Assembly: GCF_009914755.1 (NCBI RefSeq)
Contig: NC_060930.1
Strand: one strand, 5' to 3'
Length of the DNA: 64,000 bases
Source: the human T2T-CHM13v2.0 reference genome, Homo sapiens
Shown one piece after another: positions 10,242-22,789 of the stretch. Position numbers and translations under genes: made by a program. Positions within the stretch are counted from its first letter, which is position 1. Every line of letters starts with the position of its first letter. The notes beneath the pieces were generated by a model that saw only the letters and a list, made by a program, of their open reading frames with translations, was not told where the DNA came from and made no database searches.

Positions 10242-13200
10242 TTTCTTCGTATGAATCTAGACAGAAGAATTCTCAGAAACTTCCTTGTGATGTGTGCATT
10301 CAACTCAGCGAGTGGCACCTTCCTTTGGATACAGCAGTTTTGAAACACTGTTTTTGTAGTATTTCCAAGCGGATATTTAGAGCGCCTTGAAGCCTATGCT
10401 AGAAATGGAAATATCTCCCCATAAAACCAAGACAGAAGCAATCTCAGAAACTAATGTGTGATGGCTGCATTCCACACACACGGTGGACCATTTCTCTTGA
10501 TAGAGCAGTTTTGAAACACTCTTTCTGTAGAATCTGCAAGTGGATAATTGGACCTCCTAGAGGCCTTCGTTGGAAACGGGATTTCTTCATCTAAACCTAC
10601 AGAGAAGAATTCTCAGTAACTTCTTCGGATGTGTGCATTCGACGCACAGAATGGAACATTCCCTTTGATAGAGCAGTTTTGAGACACCGTTTTTGTAGAA
10701 TTCCCAAGTGGATATTTAGAGCACTTTGAAGTCTCTGCTAGAAAAGGAAACATCTTCATGTAAAAAGTAGATAGAATCGTTCTCAGAAAGTGCTTAGTGA
10801 CGTGTGCGTTCAACTCACAGAGTTTAACGTTTCTTTTGATAGAGCGTTTCTGAAACACCCTTCTTGTAGTAGCTGCAAGTGGATATTTGGACCTATTGGA
10901 GGCCTTCTTTGGAAATGGGATTTCTTCATGTAACTCTAGATTGAAGAGTTCTCAGAAACTCCTTTGTGATGTGTGCATTCAATTCAAAGAGTGAAACCTC
11001 CCTTTTCACAGAGCAGTTTTGAAACACTGTTTTTGTAGGATTTCCAAGGGGATATTTATAGCGCATTGAGCCTACGGCGGAAAAAGAAACATCTTCCTAT
11101 AAAAACTAGACAGAATACTTCTCAGAATCTGCTTTGCGATGTGTGCGTTCAACTCACAGAGTAAAACTTTTCTTTTGATAGAGCAGTTTTGAAACACTCT
11201 TTTTGTAGTATTTGCATGTGTATATTTAGAGCGCATTGAAGCCCACAGTAGAAAAGGAAATAACTTCACCTAAAACCTAGACAGAAGCAATCTCAGAAAC
11301 TACTTTGTGATGTGTACATTCAACTCACAGAGTGGAACTTTCCTCTTTATAGAGCAGTGTTGAAACACTCTTTTTGTAGAAACTGCAAGTGGATATTTGG
11401 ACCTCTTTGAGGCCTTCGTTGGAAACGGGATTTCTTCCTATAACCCTAGACAGAAGAATTTTCAGAAACCTCATTGTGATGTGTGCGTTCATCTCACAGA
11501 GTGGAGTCTTCCGTTTGATAGAGAAGTTTTGAAACCCTGTTCTTGTAGGATTTCCAAGTGGATATTTAGACCACTTTGAAGCCTATGATAGAAAAGGAAA
11601 CATCTTCATGGAAAACATAGATAGAATCATCCTCAGAAACAACTTTGTGATGTGTGCGTTGAACTCACCGTCTTTAACCTTTCTTTTGGTAGAGAAGTTT
11701 TGAAACACTCTCTTTGTAAAGTCTACAAGTGGATATTTTGAGCCCTTGGAGGCATTCTTTGGAAAAGGGAATGTCTTCACATAAAAGGCAGACGGAAGTG
11801 TTCTCAGAAACTGCTTTGTGATGTCTGTGTTCAACTCACAGAGTTTAACATTTCCTTTGATAGAGCGGTTTAGTAACCCTCTCTTTGTAGAATTTGGAAG
11901 TGTATACTAAGAGCGCTTTGAGGCCTATGGTAGAAAAGGAAATATCTTTCCATAAAAGCTAGACAGAAGCAATCTCAGAAACTCCTTTGTGATGTCTGCA
12001 TTCAACTCACCGAGTGGAACATTCCTCTTGATAGAGCAGTTTGGAAACACTCTTTCTGTAGAATCAGCTTGTTTGTATTTGGACCTCCTTGAGGCCTTCG
12101 TTGGAAACGGGTTTTCATCTTATAAACCCAGACAGAAGAATTCTCAGAGTCTTCTTTGTGATGTGTGCTTTCAACTCACCGAGATAAAGATTTCTCTTGA
12201 TAGAGCAATTTGGAAACACTCTTTTTGTAGAATTTGCAAGGGTACATTGAGAGCGCTTTCAGGCCTATGGTAGAAAAGGGAATATCTTTCCATAAAAGGT
12301 AGACAGAAGCAATCTCAGAAACTACTTTGTGATGTGTGCATTCAACTCACCGAGTGCAACGTTCCTCTTGACCGAGCAGTTTGGAAACATTGTTTCTGTA
12401 GAATCTGCAAGTGGATATTTGGACCTCTTTGAGGCCTTCGTTGGAAACGGGATTTCTTCCTATAAACCCAGACAGAAGAATTCCCAGAGACTTCTTTGTG
12501 ATGTGTGAATTCAACTCACAGTGTGGATCCTTCCTTTTGATAGAGCAGTTTTGAAACCCTGTTTTTGTAGTATTTCCAAGCGGATATTTGGAACGCCTTG
12601 AAGCGTATGGTAGAAAAGGAAATATCTTCCCATAAAACCTAGACAGAACCAATCTCAGAAACGACTTTGTGATGTCTGCATTCAAGTCACAGAGTTGAAC
12701 ATTTCTCTTGATAGAGCAGTTTTGAAACCCTCTTTCTGAAGGATCTGCAAGTGGATATTTGGAACTCCTTTGGGTCTTCGTTGGAAACGGGATTTCTTCG
12801 TATAAATCTAGACAGAAGAATTCTCCGAAACTTCTTTGGTTGTGTGCATTCAAGTCACAGAGTGGAACCTTCCTTTGGATAGAGCAGTTTGAAACGCCGT
12901 GGTTGTAGTATTTCCAAGCGGATATTAGAGCGCCTTGAGGCCTATGGTAGAAAAGGAAATATCTTCCCATAAAACCTAGACGGAAGCAATCTCAGAAACT
13001 ACTGTGTGATGGCTGCATTCCACACACACGGTGGAACATTTCTCTTGATAGAGCAGTTTTGAAACACTCTTTCTGTAGAATCTGCAAGTGGATAATTGGA
13101 CCGCCTTGAGGCCTTCGTTGGAAACGGGATTTCTTCATGTTACTCTAGATAGAAGAATTCTCAAACACTGCTATGTGATGTTTGCATTCAAGTCACAGAG

Positions 13201-16200
13201 TGCAACATTCCTCTTGGTAGAGCAGTTGGGAAACACTCCTTTTGTAGAATCTGCAATGGGATATTTGGACTTCTTTGAGGCCTTCGTTGGAAACGGGATT
13301 TCTTCGTATGAATCTAGACAGAAGAATTCTCAGAAACTTCCTTGTGATGTGTGCATTCAACTCAGCGAGTGGCACCTTCCTTTGGATACAGCAGTTTTGA
13401 AACACTGTTTTTGTAGTATTTCCAAGCGGATATTTAGAGCGCCTTGAAGCCTATGCTAGAAATGGAAATATCTCCCCATAAAACCAAGACGGAAGCAATC
13501 TCAGAAACTAATGTGTGATGGCTGCATTCCACACACACGGTGGACCATTTCTCTTGATAGAGCAGTTTTGAAACACTCTTTCTGTAGAATCTGCAAGTGG
13601 ATAATTGGACCTCCTAGAGGCCTTCGTTGGAAACGGGATTTCTTCATCTAAACCTACAGAGAAGTATTCTCAGTAACTTCTTCGGATGTGTGCATTCGAC
13701 GCACAGAATGGAACATTCCCTTTGATAGAGCAGTTTTGAGACACCGTTTTTGTAGAATTCCCAAGTGGATATTTAGAGCACTTTGAAGTCTCTGCTAGAA
13801 AAGGAAACATCTTCATGTAAAAAGTAGATAGAATCGTTCTCAGAAAGTGCTTAGTGTCGTGTGCGTTCAACTCACAGAGTTTAACGTTTCTTTTGATAGA
13901 GCGTTTCTGAAACACCCTTCTTGTAGTAGCTGCAAGTGGATATTTGGACCTATTGGAGGCCTTCTTTGGAAATGGGATTTCTTCATGTAACTCTAGAGTG
14001 AAGAATTCTCAGAAACTCCTTTGTGATGTGTGCATTCAATTCAAAGAGTGAAACCTCTCTTTTCACAGAGCAGTTTTGAAACACTGTTTTTGTAGGATTT
14101 CCAAGGGGATATTTATAGCGCATTGAGCCTACGGCGGAAAAAGAAACATCTTCCTATAAAAACTAGACAGAATACTTCTCAGAATCTGCTTTGCGATGTG
14201 TGCGTTCAACTCACAGAGTAAAACTTTTCTTTTGATAGAGCAGTTTTGAAACACTCTTTTTGTAGTATTTGCATGTGTATATTTAGAGCGCATTGAAGCC
14301 CACAGTAGAAAAGGAAATAACTTCACCTAAAACCTAGACAGAAGCAATCACAGAAACTACTTTGTGATGTGTACATTCAACTCACAGAGTGGAACTTTCC
14401 TCTTTATAGAGCAGTGTTGAAACACTCTTTTTGTAGAAACTGCAAGTGGATATTTGGACCTCTTTGAGGCCTTCGTTGGAAACGGGATTTCTTCCTATAA
14501 CCCTAGACAGAAGAATTTTCAGAAACCTCATTGTGATGTGTGCGTTCATCTCACAGAGTGGAGTCTTCCGTTTGATAGAGAAGTTTTGAAACCCTGTTCT
14601 TGTAGGATTTCCAAGTGGATATTTAGACCACTTTGAAGCCTATGATAGAAAAGGAAACATCTTCATGGAAAACATAGATAGAATCATCCTCAGAAACAAC
14701 TTTGTGATGTGTGCGTTGAACTCACCGTCTTTAACCTTTCTTTTGGTAGAGAAGTTTTGAAACACTCTCTTTGTAAAGTCTACAAGTGGATATTTTGAGC
14801 CCTTGGAGGCATTCTTTGGAAAAGGGAATGTCTTCACATAAAAGGCAGACGGAAGTGTTCTCAGAAACTGCTTTGTGATGTCTGTGTTCAACTCACAGAG
14901 TTTAACATTTCCTTTGATAGAGCGGTTTAGTAACCCTCTCTTTGTAGAATTTGGAAGTGTATACTAAGAGCGCTTTGAGGCCTATGGTAGAAAAGGAAAT
15001 ATCTTTCCATAAAAGCTAGACAGAAGCAATCTCAGAAACTCCTCTGTGATGTCTGCATTCAACTCACCGAGTGGAACATTCCTCTTGAGAGAGCAGTTTG
15101 GAAACACTCTTTCTGTAGAATCAGCTTGTTTGTATTTGGACCTCCTTGAGGCCTTCGTTGGAAACGGGTTTTCATCTTATAAACCCAGACAGAAGAATTC
15201 TCAGAGTCTTCTTTGTGATGTGTGCTTTCAACTCACCGAGATAAAGATTTCTCTTGATAGAGCAATTTGGAAACACTCTTTTTGTAGAATTTGCAAGGGT
15301 ACATTGAGAGCGCTTTCAGGCCTATGGTAGAAAAGGGAATATCTTTCCATAAAAGGTAGACAGAAGCAATCTCAGAAACTACTTTGTGATGTGTGCATTC
15401 AACTCACCGAGTGCAACGTTCCTCTTGACCGAGCAGTTTGGAAACATTGTTTCTGTAGAATCTGCAAGTGGATATTTGGACCTCTTTGAGGCCTTCGTTG
15501 GAAACGGGATTTCTTCCTATAAACCCAGACAGAAGAATTCTCAGAGACTTCTTTGTGATGTGTGAATTCAACTCACAGTGTGGATCCTTCCTTTTGATAG
15601 AGCAGTTTTGAAACCCTGTTTTTGTAGTATTTCCAAGCGGATATTTGGAACGCCTTGAAGCGTATGGTAGAAAAGGAAATATCTTCCCATAAAACCTAGA
15701 CAGAACCAATCTCAGAAACGACTTTGTGATGTCTGCATTCAAGTCACAGAGTTGAACATTTCTCTTGATAGAGCAGTTTTGAAACCCTCTTTCTGAAGGA
15801 TCTGCAAGTGGATATTTGGAACTCCTTTGGGTCTTCGTTGGAAACGGGATTTCTTCGTATAAATCTAGACAGAAGAATTCTCCGAAACTTCTTTGGTTGT
15901 GTGCATTCAAGTCACAGAGTGGAACCTTCCTTTGGATAGAGCAGTTTGAAACGCCGTGGTTGTAGTATTTCCAAGCGGATATTAGAGCGCCTTGAGGCCT
16001 ATGGTAGAAAAGGAAATATCTTCCCATAAAACCTAGACGGAAGCAATCTCAGAAACTACTGTGTGATGGCTGCATTCCACACACACGGTGGAACATTTCT
16101 CTTGATAGAGCAGTTTTGAAACACTCTTTCTGTAGAATCTGCAAGTGGATAATTGGACCGCCTTGAGGCCTTCGTTGGAAACGGGATTTCTTCATGTTAC

Positions 16201-17185
16201 TCTAGATAGAAGAATTCTCAAACACTGCTATGTGATGTTTGCATTCAAGTCACAGAGTGCAACATTCCTCTTGGTAGAGCAGTTGGGAAACACTCCTTTT
16301 GTAGAATCTGCAATGGGATATTTGGACTTCTTTGAGGCCTTCGTTGGAAACGGGATTTCTTCGTATGAATCTAGACAGAAGAATTCTCAGAAACTTCCTT
16401 GTGATGTGTGCATTCAACTCAGCGAGTGGCACCTTCCTTTGGATACAGCAGTTTTGAAACACTGTTTTTGTAGTATTTCCAAGCGGATATTTAGAGCGCC
16501 TTGAAGCCTATGCTAGAAATGGAAATATCTCCCCATAAAACCAAGACAGAAGCAATCTCAGAAACTAATGTGTGATGGCTGCATTCCACACACACGGTGG
16601 ACCATTTCTCTTGATAGAGCAGTTTTGAAACACTCTTTCTGTAGAATCTGCAAGTGGATAATTGGACCTCCTAGAGGCCTTCGTTGGAAACGGGATTTCT
16701 TCATCTAAACCTACAGAGAAGAATTCTCAGTAACTTCTTCGGATGTGTGCATTCGACGCACAGAATGGAACATTCCCTTTGATAGAGCAGTTTTGAGACA
16801 CCGTTTTTGTAGAATTCCCAAGTGGATATTTAGAGCACTTTGAAGTCTCTGCTAGAAAAGGAAACATCTTCATGTAAAAAGTAGATAGAATCGTTCTCAG
16901 AAAGTGCTTAGTGACGTGTGCGTTCAACTCACAGAGTTTAACGTTTCTTTTGATAGAGCATTTCTGAAACACCCTTCTTGTAGTAGCTGCAAGTGGATAT
17001 TTGGACCTATTGGAGACCTTCTTTGGAAATGGGATTTCTTCATGTAACTCTAGATTGAAGAGTTCTCAGAAACTCCTTTGTGATGTGTGCATTCAATTCA
17101 AAGAGTGAAACCTCCCTTTTCACAGAGCAGTTTTGAAACACTGTTTTTGTAGGATTTCCAAGGGGATATTTATAGCGCATTGAGC

Positions 17186-19732
17186 CTACGGCAGAAAAAG
17201 AAACATCTTCCTATAAAAACTAGACAGAATACTTCTCAGAATCTGCTTTGCAATGTGTGCGTTCAACTCACAGAGTAAAACTTTTCTTTTGATAGAGCAG
17301 TTTTGAAACACTCTTTTTGTAGTATTTGCATGTGTATATTTAGAGCGCATTGAAGCCCACAGTAGAAAAGGAAATAACTTCACCTAAAACCTAGACAGAA
17401 GCAATCTCAGAAACTACTTTGTGATGTGTACATTCAACTCACAGAGTGGAACTTTCCTCTTTATAGAGCAGTGTTGAAACACTCTTTTTGTAGAAACTGC
17501 AAGTGGATATTTGGACCTCTTTGAGGCCTTCGTTGGAAACGGGATTTCTTCCTATAACCCTAGACAGAAGAATTTTCAGAAACCTCATTGTGATGTGTGC
17601 GTTCATCTCACAGAGTGGAGTCTTCCGTTTGATAGAGAAGTTTTGAAACCCTGTTCTTGTAGGATTTCCAAGTGGATATTTAGACCACTTTGAAGCCTAT
17701 GATAGAAAAGGAAACATCTTCATGGAAAACATAGATAGAATCATTCTCAGAAACAACTTTGTGATGTGTGCGTTGAACTCACCGTCTTTAACCTTTCTTT
17801 TGGTAGAGAAGTTTTGAAACACTCTCTTTGTAAAGTCTACAAGTGGATATTTTGAGCCCTTGGAGGCATTCTTTGGAAAAGGGAATGTCTTCACATAAAA
17901 GACAGACGGAAGTGTTCTCAGAAACTGCTTTGTGATGTCTGTGTTCAACTCACAGAGTTTAACATTTCCTTTGATAGAGCGGTTTAGTAACCCTCTCTTT
18001 GTAGAATTTGGAAGTGTATACTAAGAGCGCTTTGAGGCCTATGGTAGAAAAGGAAATATCTTTCCATAAAAGCTAGACAGAAGCAATCTCAGAAACTCCT
18101 TTGTGATGTCTGCATTCAACTCACCGAGTGGAACATTCCTCTTGATAGAGCAGTTTGGAAACACTCTTTCTGTAGAATCAGCTTGTTTGTATTTGGACCT
18201 CCTTGAGGCCTTCGTTGGAAACGGGTTTTCATCTTATAAACCCAGACAGAAGAATTCTCAGAGTCTTCTTTGTGATGTGTGCTTTCAACTCACCGAGATA
18301 AAGTTTTCTCTTGATAGAGCAATTTGGAAACACTCTTTTTGTAGAATTTGCAAGGGTACATTGAGAGCGCTTTCAGGCCTATGGTAGAAAAGGGAATATC
18401 TTTCCATAAAAGGTAGACAGAAGCAATCTCAGAAACTACTTTGTGATGTGTGCATTCAACTCACCGAGTGCAACGTTCCTCTTGACCGAGCAGTTTGGAA
18501 ACATTGTTTCTGTAGAATCTGCAAGTGGATATTTGGACCTCTTTGAGGCCTTCGTTGGAAACGGGATTTCTTCCTATAAACCCAGACAGAAGAATTCTCA
18601 GAGACTTCTTTGTGATGTGTGAATTCAACTCACAGTGTGGATCCTTCCTTTTGATAGAGCAGTTTTGAAACCCTGTTTTTGTAGTATTTCCAAGCGGATA
18701 TTTGGAACGCCTTGAAGCGTATGGTAGAAAAGGAAATATCTTCCCATAAAACCTAGACAGAACCAATCTCAGAAACGACTTTGTGATGTCTGCATTCAAC
18801 TCACAGAGTTGAACATTTCTCTTGATAGAGCAGTTTTGAAACCCTCTTTCTGAAGGATCTGCAAGTGGATATTTGGAACTCCTTTGGGTCTTCGTTGGAA
18901 ACGGGATTTCTTCGTATAAATCTAGACAGAAGAATTCTCAGAAACTTCCTTGTGATGTGTGCATTCAACTCAGCGAGTGGCACCTTCCTTTGGATACAGC
19001 AGTTTTGAAACACTGTTTTTGTAGTATTTCCAAGCGGATATTTAGAGCGCCTTGAAGCCTATGCTAGAAATGGAAATATCTCCCCATAAAACCAAGACAG
19101 AAGCAATCTCAGAAACTAATGTGTGATGGCTGCATTCCACACACACGGTGGACCATTTCTCTTGATAGAGCAGTTTTGAAACACTCTGTAGAATCTGCAA
19201 GTGGATAATTGGACCTCCTAGAGGCCTTCGTTGGAAACGGGATTTCTTCATCTAAACCTACAGAGAAGTATTCTCAGTAACTTCTTCGGATGTGTGCATT
19301 CGACGCACAGAATGGAACATTCCCTTTGATAGAGCAGTTTTGAGACACCGTTTTTGTAGAATTCCCAAGTGGATATTTAGAGCACTTTGAAGTCTCTGCT
19401 AGAAAAGGAAACATCTTCATGTAAAAAGTAGATAGAATCGTTCTCAGAAAGTGCTTAGTGTCGTGTGCGTTCAACTCACAGAGTTTAACGTTTCTTTTGA
19501 TAGAGCGTTTCTGAAACACCCTTCTTGTAGTAGCTGCAAGTGGATATTTGGACCTATTGGAGGCCTTCTTTGGAAATGGGATTTCTTCATGTAACTCTAG
19601 AGTGAAGAATTCTCAGAAACTCCTTTGTGATGTGTGCATTCAATTCAAAGAGTGAAACCTCTCTTTTCACAGAGCAGTTTTGAAACACTGTTTTTGTAGG
19701 ATTTCCAAGGGGATATTTATAGCGCATTGAGC
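17186..19732 (+). repeat. 15-mer HOR with a 4-bp deletion (U7, 2,547 bp)
   Basis: Spacing 2,547. ACACTCTGTA at 19181 replaces ACACTCTTTCTGTA. Confidence 0.93.
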
Positions 19733-22700
19733 CTACGGCGGAAAAAGAAACATCTTCCTATAAAAACTAGACAGAATACTTCTCAGAATCTGCTTTGCGA
19801 TGTGTGCGTTCAACTCACAGAGTAAAACTTTTCTTTTGATAGAGCAGTTTTGAAACACTCTTTTTGTAGTATTTGCATGTGTATATTTAGAGCGCATTGA
19901 AGCCCACAGTAGAAAAGGAAATAACTTCACCTAAAACCTAGACAGAAGCAATCACAGAAACTACTTTGTGATGTGTACATTCAACTCACAGAGTGGAACT
20001 TTCCTCTTTATAGAGCAGTGTTGAAACACTCTTTTTGTAGAAACTGCAAGTGGATATTTGGACCTCTTTGAGGCCTTCGTTGGAAACGGGATTTCTTCCT
20101 ATAACCCTAGACAGAAGAATTTTCAGAAACCTCATTGTGATGTGTGCGTTCATCTCACAGAGTGGAGTCTTCCGTTTGATAGAGAAGTTTTGAAACCCTG
20201 TTCTTGTAGGATTTCCAAGTGGATATTTAGACCACTTTGAAGCCTATGATAGAAAAGGAAACATCTTCATGGAAAACATAGATAGAATCATCCTCAGAAA
20301 CAACTTTGTGATGTGTGCGTTGAACTCACCGTCTTTAACCTTTCTTTTGGTAGAGAAGTTTTGAAACACTCTCTTTGTAAAGTCTACAAGTGGATATTTT
20401 GAGCCCTTGGAGGCATTCTTTGGAAAAGGGAATGTCTTCACATAAAAGGCAGACGGAAGTGTTCTCAGAAACTGCTTTGTGATGTCTGTGTTCAACTCAC
20501 AGAGTTTAACATTTCCTTTGATAGAGCGGTTTAGTAACCCTCTCTTTGTAGAATTTGGAAGTGTATACTAAGAGCGCTTTGAGGCCTATGGTAGAAAAGG
20601 AAATATCTTTCCATAAAAGCTAGACAGAAGCAATCTCAGAAACTCCTCTGTGATGTCTGCATTCAACTCACCGAGTGGAACATTCCTCTTGAGAGAGCAG
20701 TTTGGAAACACTCTTTCTGTAGAATCAGCTTGTTTGTATTTGGACCTCCTTGAGGCCTTCGTTGGAAACGGGTTTTCATCTTATAAACCCAGACAGAAGA
20801 ATTCTCAGAGTCTTCTTTGTGATGTGTGCTTTCAACTCACCGAGATAAAGATTTCTCTTGATAGAGCAATTTGGAAACACTCTTTTTGTAGAATTTGCAA
20901 GGGTACATTGAGAGCGCTTTCAGGCCTATGGTAGAAAAGGGAATATCTTTCCATAAAAGGTAGACAGAAGCAATCTCAGAAACTACTTTGTGATGTGTGC
21001 ATTCAACTCACCGAGTGCAACGTTCCTCTTGACCGAGCAGTTTGGAAACATTGTTTCTGTAGAATCTGCAAGTGGATATTTGGACCTCTTTGAGGCCTTC
21101 GTTGGAAACGGGATTTCTTCCTATAAACCCAGACAGAAGAATTCTCAGAGACTTCTTTGTGATGTGTGAATTCAACTCACAGTGTGGATCCTTCCTTTTG
21201 ATAGAGCAGTTTTGAAACCCTGTTTTTGTAGTATTTCCAAGCGGATATTTGGAACGCCTTGAAGCGTATGGTAGAAAAGGAAATATCTTCCCATAAAACC
21301 TAGACAGAACCAATCTCAGAAACGACTTTGTGATGTCTGCATTCAACTCACAGAGTTGAACATTTCTCTTGATAGAGCAGTTTTGAAACCCTCTTTCTGA
21401 AGGATCTGCAAGTGGATATTTGGAACTCCTTTGGGTCTTCGTTGGAAACGGGATTTCTTCGTATAAATCTAGACAGAAGAATTCTCCGAAACTTCTTTGG
21501 TTGTGTGCATTCAAGTCACAGAGTGGAACCTTCCTTTGGATAGAGCAGTTTGAAACGCCGTGGTTGTAGTATTTCCAAGCGGATATTAGAGCGCCTTGAG
21601 GCCTATGGTAGAAAAGGAAATATCTTCCCATAAAACCTAGACGGAAGCAATCTCAGAAACTACTGTGTGATGGCTGCATTCCACACACACGGTGGAACAT
21701 TTCTCTTGATAGAGCAGTTTTGAAACACTCTTTCTGTAGAATCTGCAAGTGGATAATTGGACCGCCTTGAGGCCTTCGTTGGAAACGGGATTTCTTCATG
21801 TTACTCTAGATAGAAGAATTCTCAAACACTGCTATGTGATGTTTGCATTCAAGTCACAGAGTGCAACATTCCTCTTGGTAGAGCAGTTGGGAAACACTCC
21901 TTTTGTAGAATCTGCAATGGGATATTTGGACTTCTTTGAGGCCTTCGTTGGAAACGGGATTTCTTCGTATGAATCTAGACAGAAGAATTCTCAGAAACTT
22001 CCTTGTGATGTGTGCATTCAACTCAGCGAGTGGCACCTTCCTTTGGATACAGCAGTTTTGAAACACTGTTTTTGTAGTATTTCCAAGCGGATATTTAGAG
22101 CGCCTTGAAGCCTATGCTAGAAATGGAAATATCTCCCCATAAAACCAAGACAGAAGCAATCTCAGAAACTAATGTGTGATGGCTGCATTCCACACACACG
22201 GTGGACCATTTCTCTTGATAGAGCAGTTTTGAAACACTCTTTCTGTAGAATCTGCAAGTGGATAATTGGACCTCCTAGAGGCCTTCGTTGGAAACGGGAT
22301 TTCTTCATCTAAACCTACAGAGAAGAATTCTCAGTAACTTCTTCGGATGTGTGCATTCGACTCACAGAATGGAACATTCCCTTTGATAGAGCAGTTTTGA
22401 GACACCGTTTTTGTAGAATTCCCAAGTGGATATTTAGAGCACTTTGAAGTCTCTGCTAGAAAAGGAAACATCTTCATGTAAAAAGTAGATAGAATCGTTC
22501 TCAGAAAGTGCTTAGTGACGTGTGCGTTCAACTCACAGAGTTTAACGTTTCTTTTGATAGAGCGTTTCTGAAACACCCTTCTTGTAGTAGCTGCAAGTGG
22601 ATATTTGGACCTATTGGAGGCCTTCTTTGGAAATGGGATTTCTTCATGTAACTCTAGATTGAAGAGTTCTCAGAAACTCCTTTGTGATGTGTGCATTCAA

Positions 22701-22789
22701 TTCAAAGAGTGAAACCTCCCTTTTCACAGAGCAGTTTTGAAACACTGTTTTTGTAGGATTTCCAAGGGGATATTTATAGCGCATTGAGC
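19733..22789 (+). repeat. 18-mer HOR (U8)
   Basis: Spacing 3,057. Confidence 0.95.

Larger units (their letters stand above)
8015..17185 (+). repeat. Three tandem 18-mer HORs (U4-U6, 3,057 bp each)
   Basis: Anchor at 8015, 11072, 14129, 17186. Each contains the extra segment (TTCTCCGAAACTTCTTTGGTTG...TATGAATCTAG). Confidence 0.95.
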
